A stretch of DNA of 63,007 nucleotides, filler included, from Sphacelaria rigidula (lineage: Eukaryota): NCBI GenBank assembly GCA_964200075.2. It is 11 parts of 11 records of this genome, joined end to end, with 100 filler letters (N's around TTAATTAATTAA, not from the genome) between each part and the next. Parts side by side here need not be neighbours in the genome. Positions count along the whole stretch, not along the records: positions 22,950 to 28,586 come from CAXNAA020025672.1; positions 28,687 to 34,323 come from CAXNAA020025673.1; positions 34,424 to 40,060 come from CAXNAA020025674.1; 8 more parts are not named here. One strand, written 5' to 3'. Each line of letters begins with the position of its first letter. Positions within the stretch are counted from its first letter, which is position 1. The notes beneath the pieces are model-generated. The model did no database searches. It saw only the letters and a program-made list of their open reading frames with translations, and was not told the origin of the DNA. Shown one piece after another: positions 24,004 through 37,150 of this stretch. Made by a program: the position numbers and the translations under genes.

Positions 24004-27000
24004 CAGCTTTCCCTGCTCTTTGAGAACGCTGCCTAGGTTGCTGTGGACCGCCGCAAACTTGGGCATGAGACGTACGGCTGTCACGTAGCAGTGGATTGCT
24101 TCTTTAATCAACCCCTGTCAAATCATTGTTGTCGTTGGTGGTGGTGGTGAGCGGTACAGGTGGGGCGTGGGGGTGGGTAAATGCTCGCTGTCAAGGGACA
24201 ACACGTAGCTACCCTAGACTTGTAGATCTCGATCGAGGGGTACATAGCCTATGGACTAAAAAATGAAAGCACTGAGAGGTATTTTCATCGAGTACACATT
24301 CGGACATGCAGGTACAAAATACACAGAAGTAGTTGCTCGAAAACACAATTGGAAGGAAAAAAAAAAGGAAAACGATTTGTAGTACAGTCGTACAAACTTG
24401 CGAGGTATTCACACGAGTGAACTACTGTCCATTCCGTGTGATACCTGGGAACAACAAAAAGCAACCATGACAGTAGCTACAGCAGCAGAGCCACAGTAAC
24501 ACAGTAAGGAACAACCACGACAAAAAAAAATAGGTTCTTGTTTAGGAAAACAAAAGCACGCAAACCCTTTCATCAACAGAAGGCAAAACAACTTGGCTCG
24601 CACGAAACAGTAGTCGCATACCGTCCACAAAACAAAACAGAGCAGAAACAACAGAACACAACACAAGTACAGGAAAAGCGAAGCGGAACTCTCCAGCACC
24701 TTCATATGCGAGAACGTGTATATACAGCAAGAAAAAAAAAGCCGTCGTTAGAACACGAGAAAAGAAAGAAAACAAAAGAGAAATAAAAAAATAAAAAAAC
24801 ATGAACAGACAGGCACAGTAGTCGCCAAGGCCCGAAGACATGAAGCAAACGAACCACGCTACGATCCCTCCCCGGAGCTACACGGCCAGAGGTGTCTGTG
24901 CGTACTCCTTCATTGTAGTGCACAGCACTTCTGCACCCACTAACCTTGTCTTTCATTGCATTGCCGAGGTTGTTATAGGCATGAGGGTGGTCTGCCTTGA
25001 GCCTTAACGTCGTGCGGTAGCAGTTGATGGCCTCCTGCACAAACCCACGTGAGAAAACACCGAAACACGGCAGCAGTGGAAGCACATAAGTCATTTTCCA
25101 GAAATTTAGCGCTCGTGGTCACAGAGCCGTGGCATAAGACACAACACAGCGACTGGTTTCGTCACGAATCTCGATGTGGCCACATGATCCAAGTGTACCC
25201 AAAAGGTGAAGGACTAAAATGATACGAAACTACCTCCCGGAAAATAATGTGTTCCATGGGAATTAGTAAACACTCCCATCCACAAAATATGTGTGCGCGC
25301 TGTGTGTGTGTGTTTTTTTTTATTTCATCCCATCTATTCTGGACGCCAGTCTACACCTTTTTGGTACATCAGGGCGCATCAGCCGGGGCAACACAGGAGA
25401 AAGCTCAACACAAGAGTTTTTTTTCATACATATATATTTTCATTATTTTTTTCCCATTTTTATTTCACTTTGTTTGGAATACTCCACCGTTCCTTCTTCT
25501 CTTCTGCGGTGTTTCGCCTCCCCTTTGTCATCGCGAGAAGATATCGGCGGTCCATTTTCCCTTGTCGACCGCGACATCGAAAAACTTCGAGTACCCACGA
25601 CATTTTAATAGTCGCTCTCCGCTGTTGAGCATGATGTGAGAAAAAAAAAGAAGATCATGTGACTTCCTTCACAGAGCTTCGAACCCACGTCCTGACCGTC
25701 AGAAGGTTCCGGGGACACCAACTAACTAACTGAGCCAACGGGGCGACCGGCTCGATACAGCACAAAACGCCATTCTTGATCAGATGAATGAACAACCGTG
25801 CACGGGCGTACGTACCTGCTACGGTACAGTACACACCGTCTGTCATCATGGTGAATAAATAGTGCGTACCTCCAGCTGTCCAGACTCCCGTAAAGCGTTT
25901 CCGAGGTTGTTGTACGCGTCCGGAAAATTGGGTTCCAGCTGTATCGCGTATCTGAACGTTCGGATCGCTAGGTCCAAGCACCTATTCTCCGATTAGTGCA
26001 TGAGTTGGTTGATTGCCCACCATGCAATTCAACAACAGCAACAACAACAACGACGACGACGACGAAGGCGAGAGGGAGGGACACAGGGGGAGCAGCAGGA
26101 GAAGGAACAACAAAGGTTTTTAAGTTTCACATCAACAAAGTTTGACTTAACGAGTGCGGTACTTTGACCACTTTGTATGGCAAGCAATCCGTATTTGTAC
26201 AAATATGAGGATTTCAGCTCTCGTTTGAATCCGATTTTCTCCCGTGGATTGAGTTTCCGGGCCCCCAGTCCGTTGGGCAATGTTTTCCACCTAGCTCTGA
26301 GGAAACCAGATGAATTCTCCGACTCTCTGGGCGCTGACTTCTGGTTCATCACCTTTCTGCTCAGATCGAGAGACTCCCGCATTTCATACGCCATCTAAAT
26401 GTATTGCCATTCGCACGGTACACCAAAACGGTGAATACCACCCGTAAATTCACCACAGAATAAAAAACCCCAGAAAAGGCTATTTCTTGTTTCCTGCGCT
26501 ACCGTGCACCCCCCGCCCAAATCTTACTTCACCCATGTTGTTTATTTATAAACTATTATCAGTCATCTGTCAATTGTGGGCTCCGTACGAGATATCTGAT
26601 GCCTCGAACTCACATATCTCAGACACGTGGAGGGGAATAATACACACCCTGGACAGGAGATCTTACTGTAAAAAAGTGTACTGCGTACAGTATGGAATAT
26701 ATTGTCTGCTGCAATAGGCGCAATAGTCGATACTGTACACAGTATACACTTTTTGACGGTGTATTCTATTTCCCAGGGTTCGCAATAATAGCGCGGATCT
26801 GCTCTATACTAAAACTGGTGTAAAATATAGCCGTTAACGGTTAAACTTGTAATAAACTGGACTACTGGCGCCTTCGTCGCCAATTTTCGTTCAACCCCAG
26901 TCTCAGTCCCAGTTTAGTCGACAGTATGAACTGTTCCAGTTCACTGCCCTACGCTTTTGACTTCATAACCGTTGGGACAGAGGCAGACAGACATAAGACC

Positions 27001-27311
27001 GACATCGTAACTCTCCAACGCCGCTCCGATTCCCCCAAACGCCACTCCGACAACAAAAAAATCCGTCGCGTTAGTCGCTTACCCCGAATCATAGTAGCAG
27101 CTGGCAAGGTTCCCGTAGGCGATCGCGAAGTCCGGCCGTAGCTTGATTGCGGTCTGGTAGCATTGCACCGCATCTGGGATGAGCCCTCGTTCCTGAGTTG
27201 TTTCGTTTTTTTTGCTAGTGTTAAGTTATATATTTTTGGGTGGAGTGGAGGTGGGGGGTCGGGTGGNNNNNNNNNNTTTGCTCTCTTCCGTTTGCTTGGG
27301 CTCCCCTTGTG

Positions 27312-27342
<31 letters not shown>

Positions 27343-27356
27343 TGGGGTTTTTTTGT

Positions 27357-27402
<46 letters not shown>

Positions 27403-28172
27403 GTTGTAGAGAGAGACAGAGCACCATGAATAAAAAAAGGGTCATACTCTCGATTTTTTTTTCTTGTGCCATGTGACGGACTGTCCCCTCCCGTTTCCGT
27501 TTGGTTCCGTCCTCGGTGGTCCCGTGCCCCTGACCTCGCTCTTTCCACAGTTATTTTCCAGGAAAAACTTTGACCCAACAACCGTAACACACATTGCGAC
27601 GAGGTGCGGAAGTTGAAAATTTTAGACCCCTCCCGTGATGATGGTAGTACTACATGGATGGAGTGTTGATTACTGAACCGACATCGACATACGCAGCGGG
27701 GTGAATGCATGGTGGGGTATCTATCGAGCGACTACGCGTTCCTTCCGTGGATAACCAAATAAACTGAGTGCACGGCACCCCGTTTCAACAGCAGCTCTTC
27801 CTCGAAACCCCCATGTTGCGGTACAGCGTGCGCAGTGCTTGACCCCAGTGCGGACCAAGCCACGGCCACGAAGCGCGACCCCCTCTACCATCATCAAACA
27901 GATGATTGCCCTGAACATGACACTGTGTGGATCAAATGTATATACTCGTAATAGAAAAAAACAAGAGGGCAAAGAAGAAGAAAAGGCTACAGTACATACA
28001 CTGAGTACAGTAGTCGAATTGCATTGGGAGAGCGAGAGAGAAAGAGAAAAAAACATAGGCACACACGTTACGGTACCTTAAGGACGTTTCCGAGATTGCT
28101 GTGGGCATCGGCAAACTCCGGACAAAGACGAATAGCCTCGCGGTAGTACGCCACAGCGGTGGTTAAATTACC
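24004..28172 (-). CDS. OGT: O-GlcNAc transferase (OGT/SECRET AGENT-like), TPR region, five internal exons: 28077-28172, 27083-27192, 25870-25981, 24945-25034, 24004-24114
   Basis: GT-AG introns with compatible phases splice to GNLTTAVAYYREAIRLCPEFADAHSNLGNVLK-ERGLIPDAVQCYQTAIKLRPDFAIAYGNLASCYYDSG-CLDLAIRTFRYAIQLEPNFPDAYNNLGNALRESGQLE-EAINCYRTTLRLKADHPHAYNNLGNAMKDK-GLIKEAIHCYVTAVRLMPKFAAVHSNLGSVLKEQGKL. These are consecutive 34-aa TPRs of the OGT type. The catalytic domain is outside the contig, so the symbol is inferred. Confidence 0.85.
25302..25750 (-). mobile_element. tRNA-derived SINE family 1, inside an OGT intron
   Basis: Minus strand head GCCCCGTTGGCTCAGTTAG (A box)...GGTTCGAAGC (B box), family body and (CA)n tail. 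Confidence 0.8.
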
Positions 28173-28699
28173 CTGTTTTAAAAGGACACGCAAGGGGTTA
28201 AGGGGGGATGCATCGGTGCCGTAGTCATAGCGTCCACTGGATGTTGAGTGTAGAAGAGGGCAGGATGAGGGGCGGGGGCGAGGCGGTGGAGGGAGAAGGC
28301 AACCTGGCCTGGCTCTCGTTCTTCATCACTGCGCCGTACGAAAACGAACGGGCGCCTGCGTGCTTGTATACCAGCTTCGGGGACAAACTCTTCCATGTGA
28401 CTTTACCAACCCCTTAACTCAGAAGAGACAGTGAACCCTGATTCCTTTCACATCTGCTCTCGTCCTGCACCTACTCACCCATTACCCTGCCTAGGGGACG
28501 GGAAGGGGCTTGGGGGGGGGGTTGTACTCATGATCATGCATGCCTTAGTCATCAGAACATAGACCTCGCATCCCTACAAAGCCGGGNNNNNNNNNNNNNN
28601 NNNNNNNNNNNNNNNNNNNNNNNNNNNNNNTTAATTAATTAANNNNNNNNNNNNNNNNNNNNNNNNNNNNNNNNNNNNNNNNNNNNTCACGTGAAGTTC

Positions 28700-31600
28700 T
28701 TACCTCCCAAAACCATGCACATTTTGGGGGGGGCTATCATAGAAAAGGTCACGCCGAAGACCTTGCCAGTGTGTCTTGTACATAACAGCAATTTTGCCGC
28801 CAGGACCTCGAGTGATTTGGTGGCCGGAAATGTGGGACACGGCCAAGCGGAGAGGTTGCTCAGTTACGCCATCGATGGTAACGTGGTACGGTGGAAATTT
28901 TGTTGAGTAGCTGTTGAGCACGTATTGAGTGAGACCTGCAGGCAGGTGTTGAGGCATGTCAGCAGTGTCATGCGGGTTCGTGCAAGGCTTGCAACGATGC
29001 ACAGAGACGCGAGATTTAGCGTCATGTCCCTGGAGGTCACGAGGTAAATCCAGGTAGAGGAGTTTGTCGCCAACAGGCTTGCCGTCGGGAGACGTTGGCG
29101 AGGGTCCTACTATGAGAATCTTGAACGGACCCGTCGAATCAAGGAACAGCTTGGTCTTCAAGACTGTTGCATGGGCAGTGCGGTCCGCGCCTTGACGGAT
29201 GGTGGACGAACTGTTGTAGATCCAGACCCAATCGTCGATTTTCAAAGTAGGGCGTTTGTGCGTCAAGTTGTAGAGGGCGGTAATGGATCTTTCAAGGCGT
29301 GAGGCGTTGATAGCGGGTTGTTCGCGCACCAAAGTGAAAGCCTTGCGCTGACGAGCCCTGGCGAGATCGTGGTAGGACAGCTGATCCTGTTCCAGACCTT
29401 GGTGACCATCGAAGGTATGTCTCTCGAAAACGGTGATGGGCAGACGAGGGTAGCGTCCAAGATGCAGCTCGTTGGGCGAGAGGCCTTTAGCGGCGTTGAC
29501 CGAATTGTTGTAAGACAGCATGACATGCAAAAGATGAAGGTCCCAGTCATTCTGGCGGTCGTTTACAACCATGGATAGCATTTGAGCCATAGTGTGGTTC
29601 ACACGTTCAGTTCCACCGTTACCGTTAAGGTGGTAGGCGCTCGTGGCAATTTTACGAATGCCGAGGAGCTTGTACAAAGACTCCGAGAGTTCGGAGCAAA
29701 ATTGTTGACCATTGTCCGAGAGGAGCCGTTTCGGTCATGGGCGAGAATGTCCGCTGTGCCGGCAGCAGTGAAATCGCTAGCAGTAACAGCGTACATAGAC
29801 GCGTGACGGCTGAAGCGATCGGTTAAAAGCAGAATGTAGGTATTACCACGGTCAGTGGTGGGTAAAGGGCCGAAGTAGTCAAACGATACGAAGTGACCAG
29901 GAGCGTTTGGAAGTTCCATGGAAATCACCGGCCATCTAATAGTCTGTCGAAAGGTTTTGCGAGCCTGACATTTGAAACATCATCGGATCCAAACACGCGT
30001 GGATGCTTCCATGCCGATCCACCAACAGAAGCGTTCAAGGAGCGCTAACGTGCGCGTGACGCCTAAGTGGCAGGACAAATCAGAGTGATAGCCCTTCATG
30101 ACCCACGGACGCATCATTTTAGGGACATGGATGCGGATAGGGGCGTCATGACGCATATGTGCCGGAGTGGCAGTTGTTACTGCGGCAGCCGTGCCCAAAT
30201 GGGAGTTGGATCGGCGAACAAGCAAATGGACGTCGTCGTCAGTCGTGAAGATGGTACCTTTGCGTGCGAGGTCGAGCACTTCAGAGGCGGTGGGGGAGGG
30301 TATAGTGCTCACGGGGGTCAGAATCTCAGCCGGGAAAGGGGTGGGGCAGCTAAGCCGTAAGTACCGCATTGTCGCGCGACAGAGCGGTTCTTGTTGTTGG
30401 TCGCGAGCCCAATCGCGGTGAGAGTAGCTAGCGAGAAATTCTCGAAGTTGTCCTTCAGCCGGAGAGCCAACCAAACATGGTGGCTCAGAAAGGGGTGGCA
30501 CAGGTGAGGAAGCAGGGGTGCCGACGTCAACATCTTGATCCGGAAGCGGATCTGACCCATGCATATCGCGAGTCAGAGGCGCAGGTGCAGGGAGATTCCC
30601 AGAAGGTGGCGTGGGTGTAGCGCGAACTGGTGAACGTGATCGGCGCATTGGACGCACAAGGGGCGCGGACTTTGTCGGTACAACACTGGGCACGCGAGCG
30701 GTTGTGGTAGGTGTTGTACGGCTCGTGGGGGCACGAGGCGGCGGCGGCGACGCATTGCTAGAAGCGGCCGATGGCGGCGGTGGTATCACAGCACGCGAAG
30801 AATTTGCACGAGCTGCCGACCGAGAACGCGTGCTGTCGGAGATGAGGTGAACAGTTGGTGGTGGCGGCGCCGAGATGTTCGTGCGAGGGCCGAAAGTGCG
30901 GAAGTCGGCAAAATCAGCAGCTGTGGGCGCGAAGCCATCCAAAACTGCATCAAGGGGCAGAAGGCGGGGGCCCCCCATGTGCAGACCTGTTTCAGGGCAT
31001 TGCAGGTCAAGCGCGTAGATGGGCGTAAAAAAACGCCGAATGGGGTGGACGCCTGGTTCATCAGGTTCAGTCAAGCGGCAAGCGAGACTGAAATCTACCG
31101 CTGGAGGGGGCAGAGGCAATCGCGAAAGAAGATCAGCATTGCGAAAGAAGGTCAGCATTGCCGTTGGTTTTGCCCGGACGGTGTTTAACAGTGTACTGGT
31201 GAGTAGTCAAGAACTCCAGCCACCGTTGTACGCGGGGGTTATGTTCTCCAACCTTAGCGAGTTGTTCAAGAGCTCCGTGATCGGTATAGGTGTGAAAAGG
31301 CACGTGGAACAAATACTGTCGAAGCCGTTTCATAGCCCAAGTTATGATTCCGCCTTTGAGTTCGAGTGGACTCCAGTTTGCCTCGTTCAGGAGGGTTGCG
31401 CGGCTGATGTACAAAATAGGTCGGACAGAGCCATCCAGTTGGGGCTGATTCAAAACCCATCTGTGCTAGCATGGGTGCGTTGATGGAAAAGACGTGAGCC
31501 GTCTTGTACCGCATCCCAATCCGGAAAACAAAGAACCGGTTTTTCGGTCAGTGTTTTGAGCAATTCGCGGACGGTAGCTTGCATATCTTCAGTGAAGACA

Positions 31601-34119
31601 AACGGGACGTTTTTCTTCAATAAATCGGCGACGGGCCGGATCCGCGTGGACAAGTTGGGCAAAAATTTGCGAAAATAAGAAAGCCCGCCCAACAGCGAGC
31701 GAAGCTGCGAAATATTGGTGGGCATGGGCATATCAGTCATAGCCTCGACGCTGTTCGCGTCTGGGTGCAATCCAGCAGGAGAGATAGAGTGTCCCAAAAA
31801 ATCCAATTCAGTCGCTCCGAGTCGAGCTTTGGATGGAGACAATTTCAAGTCGTGTGTACGCAAGCGAGAGAGGAATTCCCGTAGAGTGCGAACGTGCGCC
31901 TTAGGGGAGGCATCAAAAGCGATAGCATCGTCTAGATACATGATAACATGCTCGAGACCGTCAGTAACGCGTTGCATGAGACGTTGAAAGTAGCCGGGTG
32001 CTGTGGCAGCGCCTTGTGGCATACGAAGCCATTCATAAAGCCCTGAAGATGTACAGAACGCTGTCAATGGAACTGTATCGGGGTGAATTGCATTTTGGAA
32101 AAATTCAGATGCCAGATCGAAAGTGCTGAAATATTTTCCTTCACCGAGGGAGTCGAAGACTTCGTCGATGCGACGTATGGGGAGTTTTCCTACGACAGTG
32201 ACGTGATTCAGCCGTTTGTAATTCACGGTGATGCGTATGTTTCCATCTTTTTTGGGGACGACCACGAGGGGTGAGGCCCATGGCGAAGACGAGTGTTGAA
32301 TCAGACCAGCTCCTGAGTATGCATCCAAAATAGCATTGAATTTTTTGGTAAGGAGGGGATTCGCTCGATATGGTCGAGATGAGATTGGCGAAACGCCAGG
32401 TTGCAGGGTTATCTCGAATGGCAATGTTTTACAATGCCCGAGATCCGTTTTGGATCGGGAAAATCTGTCTTGATATTCCAGGAGAATATCTTGTAACTCT
32501 TGGATGACAGCGAGCTCCCAGCCCGGACCATGTAGATCGAAATGGATATCACGCAAATGAGGTGGAAGTTGGTGCCACATTTACAGGAAGTGTTCCCGAG
32601 ACTCGACCGATGAGTGATGCTGCGATAGGGTCTGCACTTTTGGGACCAAAACCGGCCTGATTCAGGGGTTCCTAAAAATTAGGAACTAGACAAGAATATG
32701 GGTCAGGATATCCCCGTTTGCAAATTCATTCGGGAAATCCCTAGCAAATTGGAAGAAAAACCCTGGCGTACTCTCACCTATTTCGAAAGTCGTGTTTTGG
32801 ATGGGATAAAGGGTTCCTAACAATTCTACTCTCAGGCCGTAAAAGTGCTGACCCTATCGCAGCATCACTCCGATAAGCGTTGAAGCACTTCATCAGGAGG
32901 TTCAGCAGGTGGTCGGTCGGATTCCACCGCAGAAATCCGAGTCGGGGGTGAGGGGATAGATCAAAGTATGGCTCACCAATGCAGTGAACAGAACCATCAG
33001 TCGGCAGTGTGGAATCAGGCCCTGAAGGGTCGGCGACACAGGTATCTAGAGGAATGTGCATAAGAGGAGCCGCGGCGATGCCCAAGGCATCGCCAGGTTC
33101 CACATCAGCGTGGCCTGTGAGAGGCAGGAGTTGTTCACCGTCCGAGAAAAATGCTCAGTGCCAGCGGGCGCACCAACTTCAGGCAGCAATTCCGCAATGT
33201 AGTGGCCGGTGAGGGCAGGCATACCGTTGCGGGGAACAAGCAGAACTTCCAAGAGTTGAGGCTCGTCGGAAAGAGTGACACCAGAACTGCCACTGTACCG
33301 AAGGTGGTAAGCCGCTCCGGTAGCCTGCTCATTCTTTTTGTAGGCTAAGGCACCACTGAGGGTACCAAAGTGTTCTAGTTGGAGTTCTCCACGAGGCGCC
33401 GACTGAGGCGATAATGGTGGGAGGGTGCGGTACGTACGTTGGTCGAACCGCGTGTAGCTATCTCTGCCAAGGAGGAGAGCATGATGCATGGTGCAATCAG
33501 GGACGATGTGAGCCCAGACTGCGAGACTAGCCGAACGTGTTTCATTGTCGGAAAATTGCACACTAAGACGAACAGATTTTCGTGTCATCAAAGGTGTGTT
33601 AGAGTCGCCGAATCCGCCCCAAACGCGAGGTTGGGTGGTGATTTCGCAAACATCGGAAGCAGCGCTAGTCTGCTTCATATGATTCCACATGGATTCTTTG
33701 ATGAATGTCTGTGGACTACCGCTGTCTAGCAACGAGATGCACTTGGCGCGCGCGGTGGCGTAAGGGCCGCAGTGTAATGGTACGCGGGTAGTGAAGGTGG
33801 CAGGATCAACGGACACCTTACCACCGACGAGGTCAGGACCATGTTCAGCTAACGTGAAGTGGTCAAGATCAGCCGGACTGACCGTGAAGACGGATGGCGG
33901 GTGATCCGCGGGGGGTTCAAAGGTATCGGTAGAAAGCGCGGGGATGTGATCCGATCGTGAGAGGCAGTGTGAATCAGGATTTTGATCAATCTCGTAGATG
34001 ACTGGCTTGGAAATACAAGGGTTAACAGCGAATTGTGCGAATTGAGGTTTAACTTCGAGATGAGGTTCAAGTGGGCAACCCGACTTGTGAACTTTTTGTA
34101 GTAGAAGTACCGAGGACAA
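28700..34119 (-). mobile_element. Degenerate Ty3/Gypsy retrotransposon family B (PR, RT, RNase H, integrase, truncated chromodomain-like end)
   Basis: PR LLDSGSP; RT SPWASPLVVVPKKDG...FDLASEFFQ...RMPQG...YLDD; RNase H YTDHGAL; integrase HSDLSCHLG, FDYFGPLP, NGGTERVN; C-terminal ISGHQITRGPGGKIAVMYKTHWQGLRR appears cut by foreign sequence near 28750. Frameshifts present. Confidence 0.95.
32612..32870. mobile_element. 259-bp MITE with GAG termini and 4-bp TSD (Sola2-like) inserted in Gypsy B pol
   Basis: 30-bp TIR GAGTGATGCTGCGATAGGGTC(T/A)GCACTTTT; TSD CGAT at 32608-32611 and 32871-32874. Removing it rejoins pol as DEVLQRLSVESREHFL*MWHQL. Confidence 0.88.
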
Positions 34120-36055
34120 GCTCTTATTCGGAAGAAGTTACCTGTGGAGGTGAACCCGTGATGCGTCATTTTCAATATGTCCAAGAATCGAGATACGTTA
34201 GTCGGGTGAGCACTCTTGTTCCTCTACACCACAGGGGAAAAGGTGGCAGCGCACGGATTCCATGTCTTGCGCTGAGCCCCCACCCCTCAGGCTGCGCCAG
34301 CACGAGGAACAAACCCTCGATCANNNNNNNNNNNNNNNNNNNNNNNNNNNNNNNNNNNNNNNNNNNNTTAATTAATTAANNNNNNNNNNNNNNNNNNNNN
34401 NNNNNNNNNNNNNNNNNNNNNNNGTTGTTCAGTACAGGTGCCCTGGCCTGGGCGTCTGCGAAAAAGGGCTGTTTGTTTTGAGCACAAGCGGTGGAATTTG
34501 TGTGATGAGGGTTTTTTGCTCGGAAGGCCGAGTTTCCTCCTTAATAATTTTTTTCAACTTTGAGTGCTGAGGTATCCGATCAGGGGGAGTGTTCGAGTTG
34601 TTCAGATACCCAGTAATGCTGGATCTACGTAGAACCGGGGGTCGGGGTGACGTACGAGTACTGCCAGTCAAGCGTGTGCAAATGTGGCACAGTACAGTTG
34701 AGAGCAGCGGGGCAGTCCGCCTCCCTTGTTCTTTCTCATTTCATCTACCTCCATTACTCTAGCACTCTCCCAAGTTGTAGTAGAACTTGGGTGCTCTTCA
34801 ATAAAATATCTGAAACCATTACCCTGAGCCTGAGCCAAGGAATATGGGACAGAGTTTTGGTTCGCGGGAGCGTAGTGCTCTACGGCTGTTCCTGCCTGGT
34901 TTACTGTCATTTCTAAACATAGCGCTAGCTTGCGAACTACACGGGGTCGCTAGAATATTATGTCCATTGATGCGACTTAATACGCTCTACAATCGCATCT
35001 GCAGCTAATTGCAAATTCGCACAAGTGGTCCCTATGGAATCTGAAATTCCGATAAGTCCTGGAGGACCCCGTCCCCCGCCTCCCGCCCCCCGCACTCCCG
35101 AGGGGGGAAACCAGTTTTTCGACACCAAAATCATCACCCTAAACCAAGTGGGTGTTGAACCCACGTTGGAATCTAGAGCTTGGAAGGCTCGAATTCAAGC
35201 TGAGCTCAGTCAAGTTTAACTCAACCCCGAACAATCAACCGGAAAAAAGTGTGATTCGCGATACCAAGTTGCTGGTGAAGCCACACTGGATCGAACTAGA
35301 CACTTATACTGTCTACAATCCACGTACTGCCATTCTTCGGTGTTGGTAGATTATCACACCAAAACCCGAGTGCTCTTGATAACACCCGAAAACTAAATAT
35401 TCCTGTAACATCATGTCGACGCTAAGTAGTTTTCACACTGCACTGGCTTCTAGTTTTATCTAGATCGGCAACACCAAAGGTTAGAGAGTGACTTCACGCA
35501 CTTGAGGGAACAAAAACATTTATCGAATACCACCACCATCACCACCTAACCTCCTCTTCAAACCCCCAGTGGCGATACCAGAAAATGAAGCAACTCATTG
35601 GAGGCTATCATCCGTATGCAAGATAATCAGTACGGTGCGGGCCGAAAACCGAGCAGGATGCCCTTCATGCGACTTGCCGAACATATCACGGCGCTTGGCG
35701 CTTGGTGGTTGACTGCGGACCTGGTCCGGCGAACACCCGGCGTTCTCCGTCCCGGCTTTGTAAGGATGCGAAGCCAATAATCATATGACTACAGCATGCA
35801 AGGTCATGAGTAGACCTCAACCTCCATTTCAATCCCCCCGAAATGGTAATTTCAGGAGCTTAAGTATCGTGATTTCAATCTCCGAGTATCCCTACTGTAG
35901 TTTATACAACAAAAGGGAACGCTAGAAATGACCCGGACTCGCGATGAGTGACACCGGATGCAGGGTCGTCACATTTCAAGCCGAAGAGTAGGCTGATTGC
36001 TCTCCTGATGGTGGTTTATCAAGAAGTGGTGTTCTCTTTTAGTGCTGGACCCTAA

Positions 36056-37150
36056 GTGATCCTGTTGCCAACAAGACGTGATGATGATTCCGGAATTGCC
36101 GGAACCAACACCATGTGTCTGGAACGCGGGCACTTTTTTCCCGAATATGAAACGTACGTTCTCCGGGGACGTCTTGCAACTACAGTATGCGGGTCAACTC
36201 GTTCAACAGGCTCAGGAGAAACGTCATGTTCGCACAGTTTCAACCATACTGCTACTAACCGAGATATTTCGAGGTCATGCTCAAGAGAAACACCGTTTTC
36301 GTGTCCACTTAAATTCGCTCTTGTTGATGTCACCCGCATGGCACGCGGTCGATGAAAGGCATGCACGTTTCTCGACTCCGCGACACCGGTGAAGCCTACG
36401 ACCCATCACGCAAAACGTAATGACGGAAGAAGAAACCATCCAGGTGCACAAGGAGGGAGCGAGTCCATTACCGAGTAGGCAGAAGCTGAATATTTCTTTG
36501 TGCCGGTCCTCGACGTCACATCCAACTGCTTATTCGCCTCATATAACAGCAGCTTCATATTTGCGTACCATACCCCCGCGAAATCACTCGCTTCATGTCA
36601 TGAATCCTCACACTACCAATGAACGGTGGTACTGGGTGCACTCGAGACTCCGTCCACAAACCTGGGCTGTCTACTAGAGTCGAGCATTATATTCCTACGC
36701 TCGTCACTATTTTATGGCAGCATGTTGTTTCACGTGCGCTATATGTCTCGTGACAGAAGTGATCGGGGAGGGGCGAGGGAAGGGGGGGGGGGCGTACTCA
36801 TTTGTCGCCTGCCTCAGGCGTTTAACCATTGGCCACGCATCCCTTTCGACACGGAGCAGTGGTCGGGGAGGGAGGAAAGGCTACAGCAATTCTGGAATGA
36901 AATAAACACCACAGCTGACCCCACTGTTTGCGTTCATGCAGAGCGCGTTGCACGGGATGGTCACCAGGTGCGCCATGAACTCTCTTGTCTTCACCTCAGT
37001 GTACTACTTGGTCTACAAGGTGCGGTGGCTCATTCGAGGAGGTGTCGGCGAGCGTCGACAATAATATCTTGCGTGTCGGGTGAGACTTGCGAGAATCTAC
37101 AGCCTCATCGACCCCGGCAGACATATGAACGAATTCTTGGGGTATCTTGA
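36056..37150 (+). pseudogene. Possible decayed KDZ (Kyakuja-Dileera-Zisupton)-type transposase
   Basis: Ordered motif remnants across frames: WNAGTFFP, SCSHSF, VVLGALETPS, LFYGSMLFHVRYMSRD, AFNH, EINTTA. These resemble the KDZ pattern as I recall it (G.FFP...C.K.F...ESP...IYDNAC...Y...RE...FH..NH...INT). Catalytic residues are not intact. Confidence 0.35.

Noticed and set aside
25670..25750. Functional tRNA genes at SINE heads (also 15444, 20730-20803, 56550-56620)
   Set aside because: A and B boxes are present but I see no complete cloverleaf, and each is fused to a repeat body.
27267..27400. Poly-G tracts as G-quadruplex or poly-Pro/Gly coding (also ~45900, ~55780-55950, ~57185)
   Set aside because: They sit next to N gaps or contig ends and are probably low-quality or homopolymer-inflated sequence; the ORFs through them are spurious.
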